A stretch of 64,000 nt of DNA. It comes from Mobula hypostoma (lineage: Eukaryota). The notes under the pieces are model-generated. The model had not been told where the DNA came from and searched no databases. It saw only the letters and a program-made list of their open reading frames with translations. Positions 21,526 to 34,100 of the stretch are shown here, in pieces. The stretch covers positions 34,846,001-34,910,000 of the forward strand of contig NC_086109.1 of the NCBI RefSeq assembly GCF_963921235.1, in the 5' to 3' direction. The position numbers and the translations under genes are program-made. Position 1 is the first letter of the stretch. Every line of letters starts with the position of its first letter.

Positions 21526-21872
21526 TTAGTAAATGGGCACTCTTCTCAGAAAATCAATTAGTGAGATCTAACTCAGATCAACAGATCTTTTAGATAATTT
21601 GACATCACCGAACAAATTGTTCTTGTTGCATCTGAAATTTATGATAGCAAAGGAGTTGAATGGTATAGAATTTTCAAATAGCACAATGTTATTTTTTGCT
21701 TGAAATTTTCTTCTGTATAATTCTCCTTACCATGGACCACAGATAATCTCTTCATTATTGAACTTCCAACTAATTATGTACTTCCCTTCATGAACAATAA
21801 ATAGGCTCTGTCTTAACAGCAATTTTGAATTTACTTTTGACATTCTAACTGTGCTTTCTCTAAAGACACATA

Positions 21873-23298
21873 CACTCAGTGGCCACTTTATCAGGTGCAC
21901 CTGTACACATGCTCACTAATGTAAATATCTAATCAGCTAATCATGTGGCAGAAACTGAATGCATAAAAGCATTCAGTTATTGTTCAGAACAAGCATTAGA
22001 ATGAGGGAAGAGATGTGAGCTAAGACTGCGTCCACACTGGACTGGATAATTTTGAAAATGCTGGTTGCGCGTAAAAACGATAGGCGTCCACACTAGGCGT
22101 TTTTAAAAATGTCTCTGTCCATATTAAAATGGGTACTTGGGTGAATCTCCTCCTACTCATGCGCAGGGCACACAGAAAACAAGCAAAGAGGAAACAGTAT
22201 AATTGGTGCGCGTTTGTCCAGTTACAGACTAGAAAAACTTAAAAAGAAATTGCCAAATGAAAGACTTGGCGCGTGTTTGTCCAGAAACATTTCTTACAGC
22301 CATAGCCTCTTCACAGATGAAAGAGACGACAGCTACAATTACATGCAATAAGGCTTGTTATTGGGCAAAAGTGAAATATGCTGTTACCTCATTTGTTTGC
22401 CTTTACTTTTGTCATGTCTTTGAGTATTATTTTGCTGTATTTAACATGTGCAATAAAACGAGTTACTGGGCAAAAGTGACAATTGCATCTATTGAATGTT
22501 TGCACAAGCAATACATTAATAAAGCACCTTGTTAAATGTATAAAACGTGTCTGCATCAGTGTTATCTTGTATTTCCATACAACGTTACATTAGGCTGTTA
22601 CACATCTATTGTCAGATATTATTGTTGTGGTGTTGGTTGCGTTCAAGAAAACAATGAAATGCCACGCTGCCGCCAACATTTGTTCCGGCACGTCATGACA
22701 GCGTTTTTAAAATTAGCCATTTACCCTGTACACACTACAATGGCCAACCAGCGTTTTCAGATTTCAACACTCTGGAGAGTGTTTTAGAAAAGCTCCGTTT
22801 TCGGGGGAGGAAAACACTGTTTCAGTGTGGTCGGAGGGTCAATACGAAGAGAAAAAGCTTCGGTTATGGATTTACCCGGTCTAGTGTGGACGTAGCCTAG
22901 GTGACTTTGAGCATTGAATGATTATGGCTGCCAGACGGGGTGGTTTGAGTATCTTTAAAACTGCTGATCTCCTGGGATTTTCATGCACAACAGTTTCTAG
23001 AGTTTACAGAGAGTGGTGCTAGAAAGAATGTAACATCTGGTGAGTGGCAGTTCTGTGGATGAAAATGCCTTGTTAAAGAGAGAGGTTCGAGGTAAAAGGC
23101 CAGATTGGTTAAACTGATAGGAAGGCGATAGTAACTCAAATAACTATGCGTTTCAAAAGTGGTGTGCAGAAGAGCATCTCTGAATGCACACCACATCAAA
23201 CCTTGAAGTGGCTGGGCTACAGCAGCAGAAGACCACGGACATACCCTCAGTGGCCATTTATTAAGTACAGGAGCTACCTAATAAAATGGCCACTGGTG
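21873..23298 (+). mobile_element. Non-autonomous Tc1-like DNA transposon with a transposase N-terminal remnant
   Basis: TA|CACTCAGTGGCCACTTTATCAGG ... CCTAATAAAATGGCCACTGGTG|TA. Region 22900-23236 encodes degenerate Tc1 HTH sequence (..GLSI..TADLLGFSCTTVSRVYREWC..GYSSRRP). Confidence 0.85.
22024..22897. mobile_element. PIF/Harbinger-type non-autonomous element nested in the Tc1 remnant
   Basis: TIRs GACTGCGTCCACACTGGACTGG and CCGGTCTAGTGTGGACGTAGCC. 3-bp TSD TAA (22021-23) / TAG (22898-900). The host Tc1 sequence is continuous across the insertion. Confidence 0.8.
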
Positions 23299-23929
23299 TA
23301 ATTTTTTTCCCACTTAGTCTGTATTACTATTTTGCTGATTTGGTGGACACAACTTATCCCTGTAAACCCAATCACAACCAAAATAACCATCATAGACTTA
23401 CTTTGCATTATTCTTTAAACTTTTAGGTGTCCAAATTCTCATCAAATGCTGAGTGAATCAGTTGTGAAACTATTTATTGTTCTTGGATTTTTTAAATGAG
23501 GTGCCAAAGCAGTGTGCAAGTTTCCTGTAAGTATCAATTCAAACCAAAGTAAAATCAAATTCAAGTTTAATTATCATTTAACCATTCATGAATACAACTG
23601 ATAAAACAGCAATTCACCTGGGGCCAAGATGCAAAACATACACAGCACATTCAAAATAGCGAGCAAAAAAAATCATAGACACAGAAAAAAAATATCTATA
23701 GCCCAAGTTGCTGAGTGATATGTCCCATAAATTGATAGTATAGTTCCTGGCAGTGCACAGACATACAGCATCCAGCCTAACATTCCACCGGTCAAACACT
23801 GGAGGGCAGCAACAATGGGAGAGTCCTTCCCCTAAATAGCGCAGAAGCCATGCTGCACAACCTCTCCTGAACTACAGCAGCAGGCAAGCCTGTGGCTTGA
23901 GGTCTAGTCGTCGCTAATATGTCAACTGC

Positions 23930-24300
23930 AAAGATCAGATCATTTACGTATGTGGTAAATATATGGTGGTCTCCAGCGTAAATCTTGTATAATATCATTC
24001 ACCACATCATTCCAATTCTTAGAAAACTCCATGCCTAATAATTTGCTTTGTGTACTTAAATCATCTTTCATTGCCTCCATTGTGTTTATTTCACTGGGAT
24101 TTGTTTGTGAATCATTATCACCTATTTCTGGAAAAAGCATTTAAATCATATTCAGTTGCCCACCCACTGCAACATTTCTCCAAACTTTCCCGTTGTTTTA
24201 GTCAAGCACAACTTTCGGTTTTGTATCTTGCTCTCTAATTGTTCATCAGCAAATGAAGCGAAGCAATTGGTCTGGAAGGGCAAATACCATTTTCTTTCCT
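23930..24300 (-). mobile_element. Highly decayed CR1 RT fragment
   Basis: Minus-strand frames give LCLTK.. and IFTTYVNDL, resembling CR1 SCLTNL and LFTIYINDL, with many stops. Confidence 0.45.
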
Positions 24301-24739
24301 AATTTGTGAGTGTAGCACTCACAGGGGGCTGATCATCGGGCATTGCTGCCACAAGGCCTGTGATTAATAATCCATCACATTTTATGGGATGGAGCAAATA
24401 TGACATGCCTATAATCTGTTTATTCCACTGATGGAAGTGAAACAGAATAGAAAATATTTTAGTATTTCCATCTTTTTTCTGTGTTTTTAAGAAGTGTGTC
24501 ATATTTTCCTTCTTACAAAAATTTAGATGAGACTTTTCATTGCTGCAGAATATTAAACATCAAAGCTTCTGCTATTCCTAGCTTTTAACAAGATTATTGA
24601 ATTAATCAGTACACCCTAGTGATTTTGATTATTTTTCCGACATTATATTTATTTAGCTTGATTACTTGGAACAATACATTTCATGAACTGATGAGCACCC
24701 ACTTTTTAAACCTCATGGATCCTTATTTCTGGTCTATAG

Positions 24740-25560
24740 TTGGAGTCGTAGAGCTATGCAACACAGAAACAGGCCCTTCAAATATCTCATCCATCCTTAA
24801 TGAGCCTAGTCCTGTTTTCCTGTGTTTGGCCCTTATCCCTCTGAACATTTTCCATCGAAGTACCTCTCTAAGTGTCTTTTAAAGATTATAATTGTACATG
24901 TTTCTAAAGCTTCACTAACCGTCTATGGTCTTTGTGGGGAAAAACAAGTTTTCCTTCTGGTCCCTTTCAAGTCTTCCCCCTTTCACTTCATACCTATGCC
25001 TTCTAACTTTAGGCACCCCTACTCCGGGGTGATGTTAAGGTGGGGCAGGAGAGACTATGTCCATTCACTTTATCTGCACCCCTTTTACATCTAAAAGGTC
25101 ACTCCTCTGCCTCCTATTCTCCAGGGAAAAAAAGAACAGTCCTAGCCTATCCAAAAATTTCCTTCTCACTCAAAACTTCCAGACCGGGTAATGTCCTTGC
25201 AAAACTTTCCAGCTTAGTGACATCCTTCCTCTAGTTGGGAGATCAGAACTGTGAACAATAATGTCTGGTCTCACCAAAGACACTTGTACATTAGCAACAT
25301 GATGTACCAACTCCTGGACTTAATGCCCTGACCGATAAAGGCAAGCGTACCAAATGTTTTCTTCTTTACCCTGTCTACTTGTGTTACTTACTTCAGGAAG
25401 TTACGTACTTGTATCTCGGCCCGAAACGTCGACTGTACTTCTTCCTGTAGATGCTGCCTGGCCTGCTGCGTTCCACCAGCATTTTGTGTGTGTTGCTTGA
25501 ATTTCCAGCATCTGCAGATTTTCTCGTGCCTGCATACTTGTAGCCTAGTTGCTTTCTCCA
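24740..25560 (-). mobile_element. Old CR1 3' fragment
   Basis: 3' end gcaacacagaaacaggccctt and degenerate RT C-terminal motifs. Interrupted at 25414-25533. Confidence 0.65.
25414..25533 (+). mobile_element. 5'-truncated Penelope-derived terminal repeat (3' half of hammerhead motif)
   Basis: tctcggcccgaaacgtcgactg...ttccagcatctgcagattttctcgtg, flanked by TACTTGTA (25406-25413, 25535-25542). Confidence 0.8.
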
Positions 25561-25600
25561 TAACTCCAGAATATAATACTGTATATCTGTTATATAAGGA

Positions 25601-25860
25601 GGGAGCATGGTAGAGAAGTAGTTAGCACAACACCTTACAGTACAGGTGACTTTGGTTCTATTCCAGCCACTGCTGGAATGAGTTCGTATGTTCTCCCTGT
25701 GACCATAGGGATTTCCTCCGGGAGCTCCAGTTTCCTCATACAGTTCAAAGACATACCGGTTCGTGGTTAATTAGCTATTGCCAATTGTCTCGTGTTTAAG
25801 CTAGAATTAAATTGCTGGTGTCGCTTGAAGGGCCTATTGCACACTGTATCTCAACAATAA
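25601..25860 (+). mobile_element. tRNA-derived V-SINE (HE1-like)
   Basis: tRNA-like head with degenerate A/B boxes, V-domain-like ggatttcctccgggagctccagtttcctcatacagttcaaagac, and tail cactgtatctcaacaataa. Confidence 0.7.
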
Positions 25861-26555
25861 TAGATAGAAATATATCTAGCAGATAGATAACAAATTTAGA
25901 TATGAAAATAGACCTGATGGCAATATTTTAAAGTTGCCACTGGTACTGAGGTGTAAGTCAGTATGAGACACCACCATCTGGAGATATGAATATTGGAAAT
26001 AAAAATAAGGGAAAAGATTATCTGATGAAAGGTTATCTTTGGTTTTCTTCTATAGATGCTGTTCAAACCATTTAAAACATGACATTTTTGTTTATTACGT
26101 AATTCAGAGAGTGGTGCATGCATCAATCAAATTTTAGATTAAGGAACACAAATATAAAATATTGAGGAGCGCTGTAAATCTGAAACAAAAAAGAAAATAA
26201 TGAAAATAGTCATCAGAGAAGATCTTATATAGCGTAACTTGCTCAGTACTTTGTCGATTTCCATTTTAGTTTTTAAATTTGAAGCTTTCCTTTAAAAGGA
26301 AAGTTGAGATGAAAGTTGGGTTAATCCAATTCGTTGACTACTTACGACATGTTATGCTAATTGCAAGGATGCTATATTTGATCATGCTATTTTATCGCAA
26401 GCTATCTTCAGGGTGAGCAGCCAAGTGTCAGGAACACTTGAAGATGACGCACAGGCAAACCCCTTTTACAGTTGCCTTGGGCACTGAAATTTTCCTTCAT
26501 AGAATTCACAAATGACTACCTAGAAGTTTTAAGGTCTGGAATAAAATTTATTCTT

Positions 26556-27144
26556 ACCATAGAAAAACATAGAAAATCTACAGCACAGAAACAGGCCTTT
26601 TGGCCCTTCTTGGCTGTGCTGAACCATTTTCTGCCTAGTCCCACTGACCTGCACACGGACCATATCCCTCCATACACCTCCCATCCATGTATTTGTCCAA
26701 TTTATTCTTAAATGTTAAAAAAGAACCCGCATTTACCACCTTGTCTGGCAGCTCATTCCATACTCCCACCACTCTCTGTGTGAAGAAGCCCCCGCCAATG
26801 TTCCCTTTAAACTTTCCCCCCCTCACCCTTAACCCATGTCCTCTGGTTTTTTTCTCCCCTTGCCTCAGTGGAAAAAGCCTGCTTGCATTCACTCTATCTA
26901 TACCCATCATAATTTTATATACCTCCATCAAATCTCCCCTCATTCTTCTACGCTCCAGGGAATAAAGTCCTGACCTATTCAACCTTCCTCTGTAACTGAG
27001 TTTCTCAAGTCCCGGCAACATCCTTGTAAACCTTCTCTGCACTCTTTCAACCTTATTTATATCCTTCCTATAATTTGGTGACCAAAACTGAACACAATAC
27101 TCCAGATTCGGCCTCACCAATGCCTTATACAACCTCATCATAAC
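26556..27144 (-). mobile_element. Young 5'-truncated CR1 (intact 168-aa RT C-terminus)
   Basis: ORF MMRLYKALVRPNLEYCVQFWSP..FFTQRVVGVWNELP has no disruption. Tail (TTCTATG)-type repeats; possible TSD ATTCTT (26550-55, 27145-50). Confidence 0.92.
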
Positions 27145-27384
27145 ATTCTTGTGGATTTTAAGCGGGGGAAATAAATAATTAAATGCAAAATGCTAAAGAA
27201 GCAACAAATTTTGTTTATTTTTTGTCTTTAGTTGCTGAATTTTAGTAGACAATAAAATTTGGATATGACACCATGATGTTGATTGGGTTGGCAGACACAG
27301 TTCAGTCCATCCTTTGCCATACCTGTCCAGTCTACGGACATGTGAACTGATGTCTCAGAGTGAAGCACTGCCATACTCTTCATC

Positions 27385-28830
27385 GCTTAATCACGATCCG
27401 GTTTATTATTACCAGCATGTGTCATGAAATTTGTTAACTTAGACGCAGCAGTACAATGCAATTCAGGATATAAATATGTACATTAACTAGATTAAAAATA
27501 ATGCAAAACAGAAATAATTCAGCGATTAAGGGAGCTAGGGCTTTACTCTTTGGAGAGAAGGAGGATGAGAGGAGACATGATAGAGGTGTACAAGATAATA
27601 AGAGGAATAGATAGAGTGGATAACCAGCACCTCTTCCCCAGGGCACCACTGCTCAGTACAAGAGGACATGGCTTTAAGGTAAGGGGTGGGAAGTTCAAGG
27701 GGGATATTAGAGGAAGGTTTTTTACTCAGAGAGTAGTTGGTGCGTGGAATGCACCGCCTGAGTCAGTGGTGGAGGCAGATACACTAGTGAAGTTTAAGAG
27801 ACTACTAGACGGGTATATGGAGGAATTTAAGGTGGGGGCTTATATGGGAGGCAGGGTTTGAGGGTCAGCACAACATTGTGGGCCGAAGGGCCTGTACTGT
27901 GCTGTACTATTCTATGTTCTATGTTAATATTATAAAAAAGTGAGGTAGTGCTCATGGGTTTAATGTCCATTTAGGAATTGGATGGCAGAGGGAAGAAGCT
28001 GTTCCTGAATCATTGAGTGTGTGCCTCCAGGCTTCTGTCTCTCTATCCTTACAGTACCATGTCCTGGCTGATGGGGGTCCTTAATACTGCATGCCACCTT
28101 TCTAAGTCACCACTCCTTGAAGATACAATGGATACAATGGAGGCTAGTACACAAGATGGGGTTCAATAATTTACAACTTTCTGTAGCTTCTTTTGGTTGT
28201 GTGCAGTAGATTTCCCCCCTCTCCACCCCCCCCCCACCATACCGGATAGTGAAGCAGCCAGCGAGAACGCTCTCCTTGGTACATCTATAGAAGTTTTCGA
28301 GTGTTTTAGATGACAAACCATATCTCCTCAAACTCCTATTGAAATATGGCCATTGTCTTGCCTTCTTTATAGCTGTATCAATATTTTGATTTCCTGGTTA
28401 GGTCATCAGAGATTTTGACATCCAGGAACTTGAAATTGCTCACTCTCTCCATTTCTGATCTCTCTGATGATTAGTTGATGTTCCTTCATCTTACCCTTCC
28501 TGAAGTTCACAATAGGCTCTTTCATCTTACTGGCGTTGAGTGCAAAGTTGTTGCTGTAACACCACTCCACTAGCTGGTATATCTCGCTCCTGTACGCCCT
28601 CTCATCTCCACCTGAGAGTCTATCAACAATGGTTGTATCATCAGCAAATTTATAGATGGTATTTGAGCTATACCTAGCCATATAGTTATGGATATAGAGG
28701 GAGTAGAGCAGTGGGCTAAGCACACACCCCTAAGGTGCACCAGTGTTGATCCTCAGTGAGGAGGAGATATTTGACCAATCCATACAGACTGTGGTCTTTC
28801 GGTTAAGAAGTCAAGGATCCTCTTGCAGGG
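27385..28830 (-). mobile_element. Rex1/Babar-like LINE 3' fragment, interrupted by a CR1
   Basis: [31 protein letters not shown] (28406-28723) and FYRCTKESVLAGC (28107-28331). The 3' UTR resembles that of 45421-45700. Confidence 0.85.
27521..27924 (+). mobile_element. Young CR1 3' fragment nested in the Rex1-like 3' UTR
   Basis: ORF ERRRMRGDMIEVYKIIRGIDRV..FFTQRVVGAWN and tail gggccgaagggcctgtactgtgctgtactattctatgttctatg. Confidence 0.9.
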
Positions 28831-30170
28831 GAACCCACAGAGATATCCATGAGATATTTTTCTTTGAGGTGCTACATTTCTTTGAGGAGTAGCCATGGTC
28901 AGGTAATCCCTCAGCCTTTATTCCACTTCCACAAAATTACCAGATGTTAACCTTGTGCTCCCCCCAACCTTCAAAGTTCCTCTACATCACAGTTCTCTCA
29001 TGAACGCCAATCCTCAGAGCCCATTGCTTTCCTAGATATCCTACTTTGAGAAACGTTTTCTAATCTGCACGTGTTGCGCATCAGAGAATACGCCCTGCAG
29101 GTGAACCCTAAGTTTTGCACCCTAAAATATTCATTCATATGTTCTTGGACTGGTGAGTGTGTGGCAAAGGAGGAACACAGCTGTGACTGCCAACTCAATC
29201 AATGTGGTGATACCATATCTATATTGCATTGCCCCATTGTATTGTGTCCAAAATTTTTTAAAATGACAGAATTTGTTTCTTTTGTGTGAACCTTAAACTA
29301 TCAAATCTAATGTTGGCCTTGGCTGTTAATTAATGACAGTGGCTTTTTTCTGTTATCACTGATGAAATGGCTTAAAATGAAATAAAAACATCTCCACTCG
29401 CAGCATGGAATTCAATGGAAATGGGGGTTTATTGTTTTAAAAACTGTGACATGGAATCCAACCCCTCCGTAAAGCGTGTAAGTGATAATAAACAGGTTTA
29501 TTATCACTGACACACGTTATTTTGTAGCAGTAGTTCACTGCATGCTAGAATGGTTGGAATTTGGTGGCAACTTTGTGATCAGGTAGTGAACTTGAATGAG
29601 CTGTTGCACACCTAACAATATCACTTCATTAAATCCGATATTTGAAGCTTTTCCATATTCAGGTTTTCTAATGCATATGGTGTGTGGATCTTTAAAAACA
29701 AACTCAATGTTCAGCAAGATTTAGTTAAGAATTTGCAATTCTTTATCTTTTTGTGGTTAAAGTAATGATTATTGCAGGAAGAGGCAAATCATTAAATATT
29801 CTGTTTTATGTATTCAAGTACAGAATTCATTTCAGGTAAAGAAGTTTTTCCCATTTAAGTTTAATCTTGAGTACTGTGAAAATGGAAAATATGATCATGG
29901 CTTCTGTTGCCTGAAGATGATTTGACTTCCAAATGATAGGATAACCCTGCTCTTGAATGCTTCCTTACTTCAGAATTTTTCTAACATACTGTAGATTGCA
30001 ATTTAAAATGAAGAGTAAACACATTTCACTAGTGTGCTATTGAATTGTTTTATTTCTTGTATTTCTTTAACATAATTGAATATAGAATTATTAACACAGT
30101 ACAGCTTCACACCGTGAGCTTTCAGTTTTATATAATTATTGAAAACTGCATCAGCATTGTTTAAACGTTT

Positions 30171-30200
30171 GACTCTAATTTTTTTCTCCCTCTTTTGCAG
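30171..30200 (+). promoter_or_regulatory. Probable splice acceptor (branch point, polypyrimidine tract, CAG) of the first GRM4 coding exon
   Basis: CTCTAAT followed by ttttttctccctcttttgcag, 459 nt upstream of the GRM4 ATG. Confidence 0.65.
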
Positions 30201-30659
30201 AAATGTCGTGCATCATGTTAGACCTTTGAATCTGATAACTGGTGACAACACATCCTATTTCTGGCTCTTTTGGATATATTTCAGTGGGAGTGAAAGGGCT
30301 AACAAGCTTTGTTCAGGAAGCACATAACGAGTTCTTATATCTCAGGAGAATTTTTACCAACTGATGCAAAACAGAAACACAACAGGAATCTAAAAGAGCT
30401 ACAATAAACATGGCAAATGGAAGTTTGAAGTGAAAAAACTACAAACCTCAGCAATGTTTTATTAAATATGCAGTGGAAAATAAATCAACATATTTCAACT
30501 CCACAGATGTCTTTTGATAAATTTGATGGGCAAAGCCTACCTTTTGTTAGGTGTTTTCCAAGCCAATCCCAGATAATTGCATAGACTGCTAACACCGCAG
30601 CAACTCAACAATATTTTTTTTCTTGGCTGTATTATGTCAGAAATGATAATTCCATAACT

Positions 30660-31181
30660 ATGGCATGTAAAAGAGATTTCTATTTTTGGTCTGAACGGTT
30701 ATCTTTGCTTTTATTTCTGGTTAGCTTTCAATGGCTTGGTCCTGTTATTGGAAAGCCAAAAGCATCATCACGTCCCCATGTGAATTCCATTAGAATTGAT
30801 GGGGACATTGCTCTGGGGGGCCTTTTCCCTGTGCATGCACGGGGTGGGTCTGCTGCTAACTGTGGAGAGCTGAAGAAAGAAAAAGGAATACACAGGTTAG
30901 AAGCGATGTTGTTTGCCTTAGATAGGATCAACAATGATCAAGAACTTCTTCCAAATATCACGCTGGGTGCTCGGATCCTGGATACTTGTTCCAGAGACAC
31001 CCATGCCTTGGAGCAGTCATTGACATTTGTGCAAGCTTTGATTGATAAGGATAGCACTGATGTGAAGTGTATGAGTGGAGGACCACCAATCATTACCAAG
31101 CCAGAACGAGTGGTGGGAGTTATAGGTGCTTCAGGAAGTTCTGTATCTATAATGGTGGCCAACATACTTCGTCTTTTTAAG
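30660..31181 (+). CDS. GRM4: Metabotropic glutamate receptor 4, first coding exon (174 codons: signal peptide and start of the Venus flytrap domain)
   Basis: [66 protein letters not shown] and [35 protein letters not shown] match vertebrate mGluR4. RDTH, MLFALD and [17 protein letters not shown] favour GRM4 over GRM7/8. Ends at AAG|GTAAGC (phase 0 donor at 31182). Confidence 0.93.
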
Positions 31182-34100
31182 GTAAGCCTTCTTATTGAAG
31201 TAAATATCTTTAAATTTACTGAGATGTTGCTGTTCCAGGCAAATGATGGATCTACTGAATTTTATTGGAATAATCACTGAATATTGTTCTGATTTTTCGG
31301 TGTATAAAAAAAATGAGATCCCTGGATTTTGCAATTGTGATTCATCGGCATGAGTAGTACAATGATACAATATCTAATGTATGGAATGTTGTTATATTGT
31401 AAAGAAAACAGTTGTATTCCAACATTGCACAACATTAATTTGAGGAATTACCAAAAATATATATATTGTACCTTAATATATCTGATTTCCATTACTCTTC
31501 AACCACACTAATTCAAAGTTTGTCAAATTCTTTATAAAGTGAGTTGTGGAGTTATCGGCTTACTGTAAGCTGTTGTCATGCTGAATGTTATGACCTTAGC
31601 ACCCTCCTGACTGATTGACTGAACACTCTAGAGAAAAACTTGCATGCATGTTTTATGGTACAAAAGTTATGCAATCAAATAATATGAAGGTTCTTCTCTG
31701 ATAAAGTCAAAACACCGGGTTGCAATGCATTGTCAATAATTACCAGCCACTAAATTAAATGTACTGACATCATGATGATCAGAAACAGAAGCAACCAAAG
31801 TTTTTCTACCGAGTATGAAGACTGTAACTTGAACCAATGCTAATGTATGCAGGTGAATTTGTCTGGTGTAATAAAATAATTGCAACTAATTTTGGAAGAT
31901 TATTGAGCTGTTATTGATTTGATCTCTGTATTCCTGTTCCCTTCTAGCCATTTTGGAATCCTCTTGTGAAGAGGTGGTTGTTTCACATATTGAAATATCT
32001 AATGTATGGAATATTTTTATATTGTAAAGATTTGTATTCTAATACATTGAAAGATTATCTATAATCTGCTATATACGGTATTAATTTGGAGCAGTCTATC
32101 TAATATTTATTAATCTTATTTTGGAAGAGGCTTCACTAATAAAAAGTGGTTATAATTCATTGTCAAAAAAGAACTGTCTCTATATATTCTAGTACAGAAC
32201 AGTTTAGATCTACGCTGATGGAAAAAAATTAGAATCTCACACTATATAGGTATTGTATTCTATAAAGGAATGAAGACTTAGCCTGTAAATGATAGAGAAC
32301 ATTTGTTTAATCATCTTGTGCTCTTAATAGAACAGAGGATGTGTAGTTCCAGCAGAATGTTGCCAATCTAAGATTAGCTACTGAGATGGATATGACCATA
32401 AGTTTGGTGTATGTAATATGATAAATAATTCGTGCAGAGTAACTCTGGAAGGGTGGAGCTGTAGTTATTTACAAGCCACTTTCAAGATGGCCAGTCTGAA
32501 AAGCCCTTATTTCATTTACTACTTAGCATGAAAAAGGAATACATTTCCAGTCTTTAATCTCATAGGTTGGTCACAATGATGTTAAAGAAGGAATAATAAA
32601 ATATGGTTAATGTCTGCAGTTAAATTGGGGCAGATGTTTGTATCATTTGCTGTGATTCCCTGTCATGTCCAGTGCCGAGTTCTGAGTGCAAACTGCACCT
32701 TAACATTGCATAATAATGGTGTACTATTTCATCATAATGGCAAACATAATCTTTTCAGTTCCAAATATGTAAGTAACTTACTTCCTTATGATTTCCTGAA
32801 AGCAACTTACCACCAATAAATAAGAAACAGAATGACAGAGCTGGTTCCAGACTCTAGTTCACAGCATTATTTTTGATTATATTTCCGGCAAATGCCAGAT
32901 TGAAATTTACCCTTGGTAAATACATGCAATGCATGATAGACTCATTGATGGTAATGCCAAGTGTAAATGTTTGGACCATCTCTTGCTGGTCAATGCTTGC
33001 CAGCTCTGTGATGAGAGTATCACTTAGCACTAATGAGATTGTACCCTTATGTTGTCTAGGTAATGCTGCACGGGCCAGTTCATCTCATGAGGAACTGCAA
33101 ATGAAATTAAACTTTGTCATTTGTTAACAAAAGATCCTATTTCTGATTGTTTGATGAAAGGAAAGTTATTGATAAAGCAACTGAATGTGGCTGAGGCCAG
33201 GAGAGTGTCCTCAGAGTGATGGTTAGGGCTGGGATGATGGGCCTCTATTAACTATAACCGCCTTCTTTTGTGAGAGGCATTAGTTCAAGTCTTCTGTCAA
33301 TGATCATTGACCAACTTTACCTACTCTGATGCTGCATTCTGAGTGCTGCCTAGATGTCAAGGAAAGTTATTCTCATTTTAAATCAGTAGTATAGTCATCA
33401 GGGAAATTTTTGAGTATGTCAGGCACTTGGGATCTTGGACTTCATGCATAATAAAATTTTGCACCAGTGAGCCCTAAGAAGAAATGATCAACTACAGAGC
33501 ATCCACTTAATGTGCCTTTCCATGTGCCATAGACTGATCTTACTCTCATCTTTAACAGAACCAATTCTCTCTACTTATCTGTTAAGTTGTGCCAGTGCAT
33601 TGGAATACAGTAATAGCAATGTTCAATAGAATGGCAAGAATATCATGTATAATAGTGTGTGAAACGGATAAAATCTAAGCATTATTTATGTGTTTCTCAT
33701 GTGGTCCAAGAGTTTACAGTGTGTTAATTAGAATTGGGGGAGGGGGCAAAATAGCAAGGCTGTGGTTACCTGTGAGTGTAGAACACATTTATTCAATCCT
33801 ACAAATATAAGAGGCAAGAGCCATTTTTTTGGATTGGGATGGATCTACCATTTTGAGGGAGGTCACAATTAAGAGACTGAGAGAAATTAAAGAAAATGAT
33901 TATCACAGTGTGCAGCTCAGGAAATAGGTCAAATCATTAATAGAGTTGAAAAGAGAAGCACAGCAGCCTAGTAAACTATTGAATTTGATTGTGAAAAAGA
34001 AAGCTAGAAGGTATCTCATAAATCACAAAAGTGCCTGCAGGGGAGCTTCTACGTACACCTATGTGTAACTATTCAGGATAAAAGTTCATGAAAGCAAGAG

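Noticed and set aside
23940..24140. 66-aa ORF that looks like a host exon (MLFPEIGDND...)
   Set aside because: Neighbouring frames give decayed CR1 RT motifs (LCLTK, FTTYVNDL), so it is best explained as an old LINE.
25601..25680. tRNA-like sequences here and at 44064, 60826 and 62430-62500
   Set aside because: No complete cloverleaf. Each is followed by a SINE body and tail, so they are SINE heads rather than tRNA genes.
31182..31280. C-terminal 32 aa of the 206-aa ORF ([10 protein letters not shown]...)
   Set aside because: Read-through into the intron. Similarity to mGluR4 stops exactly at the AAG|GTAAGC donor.
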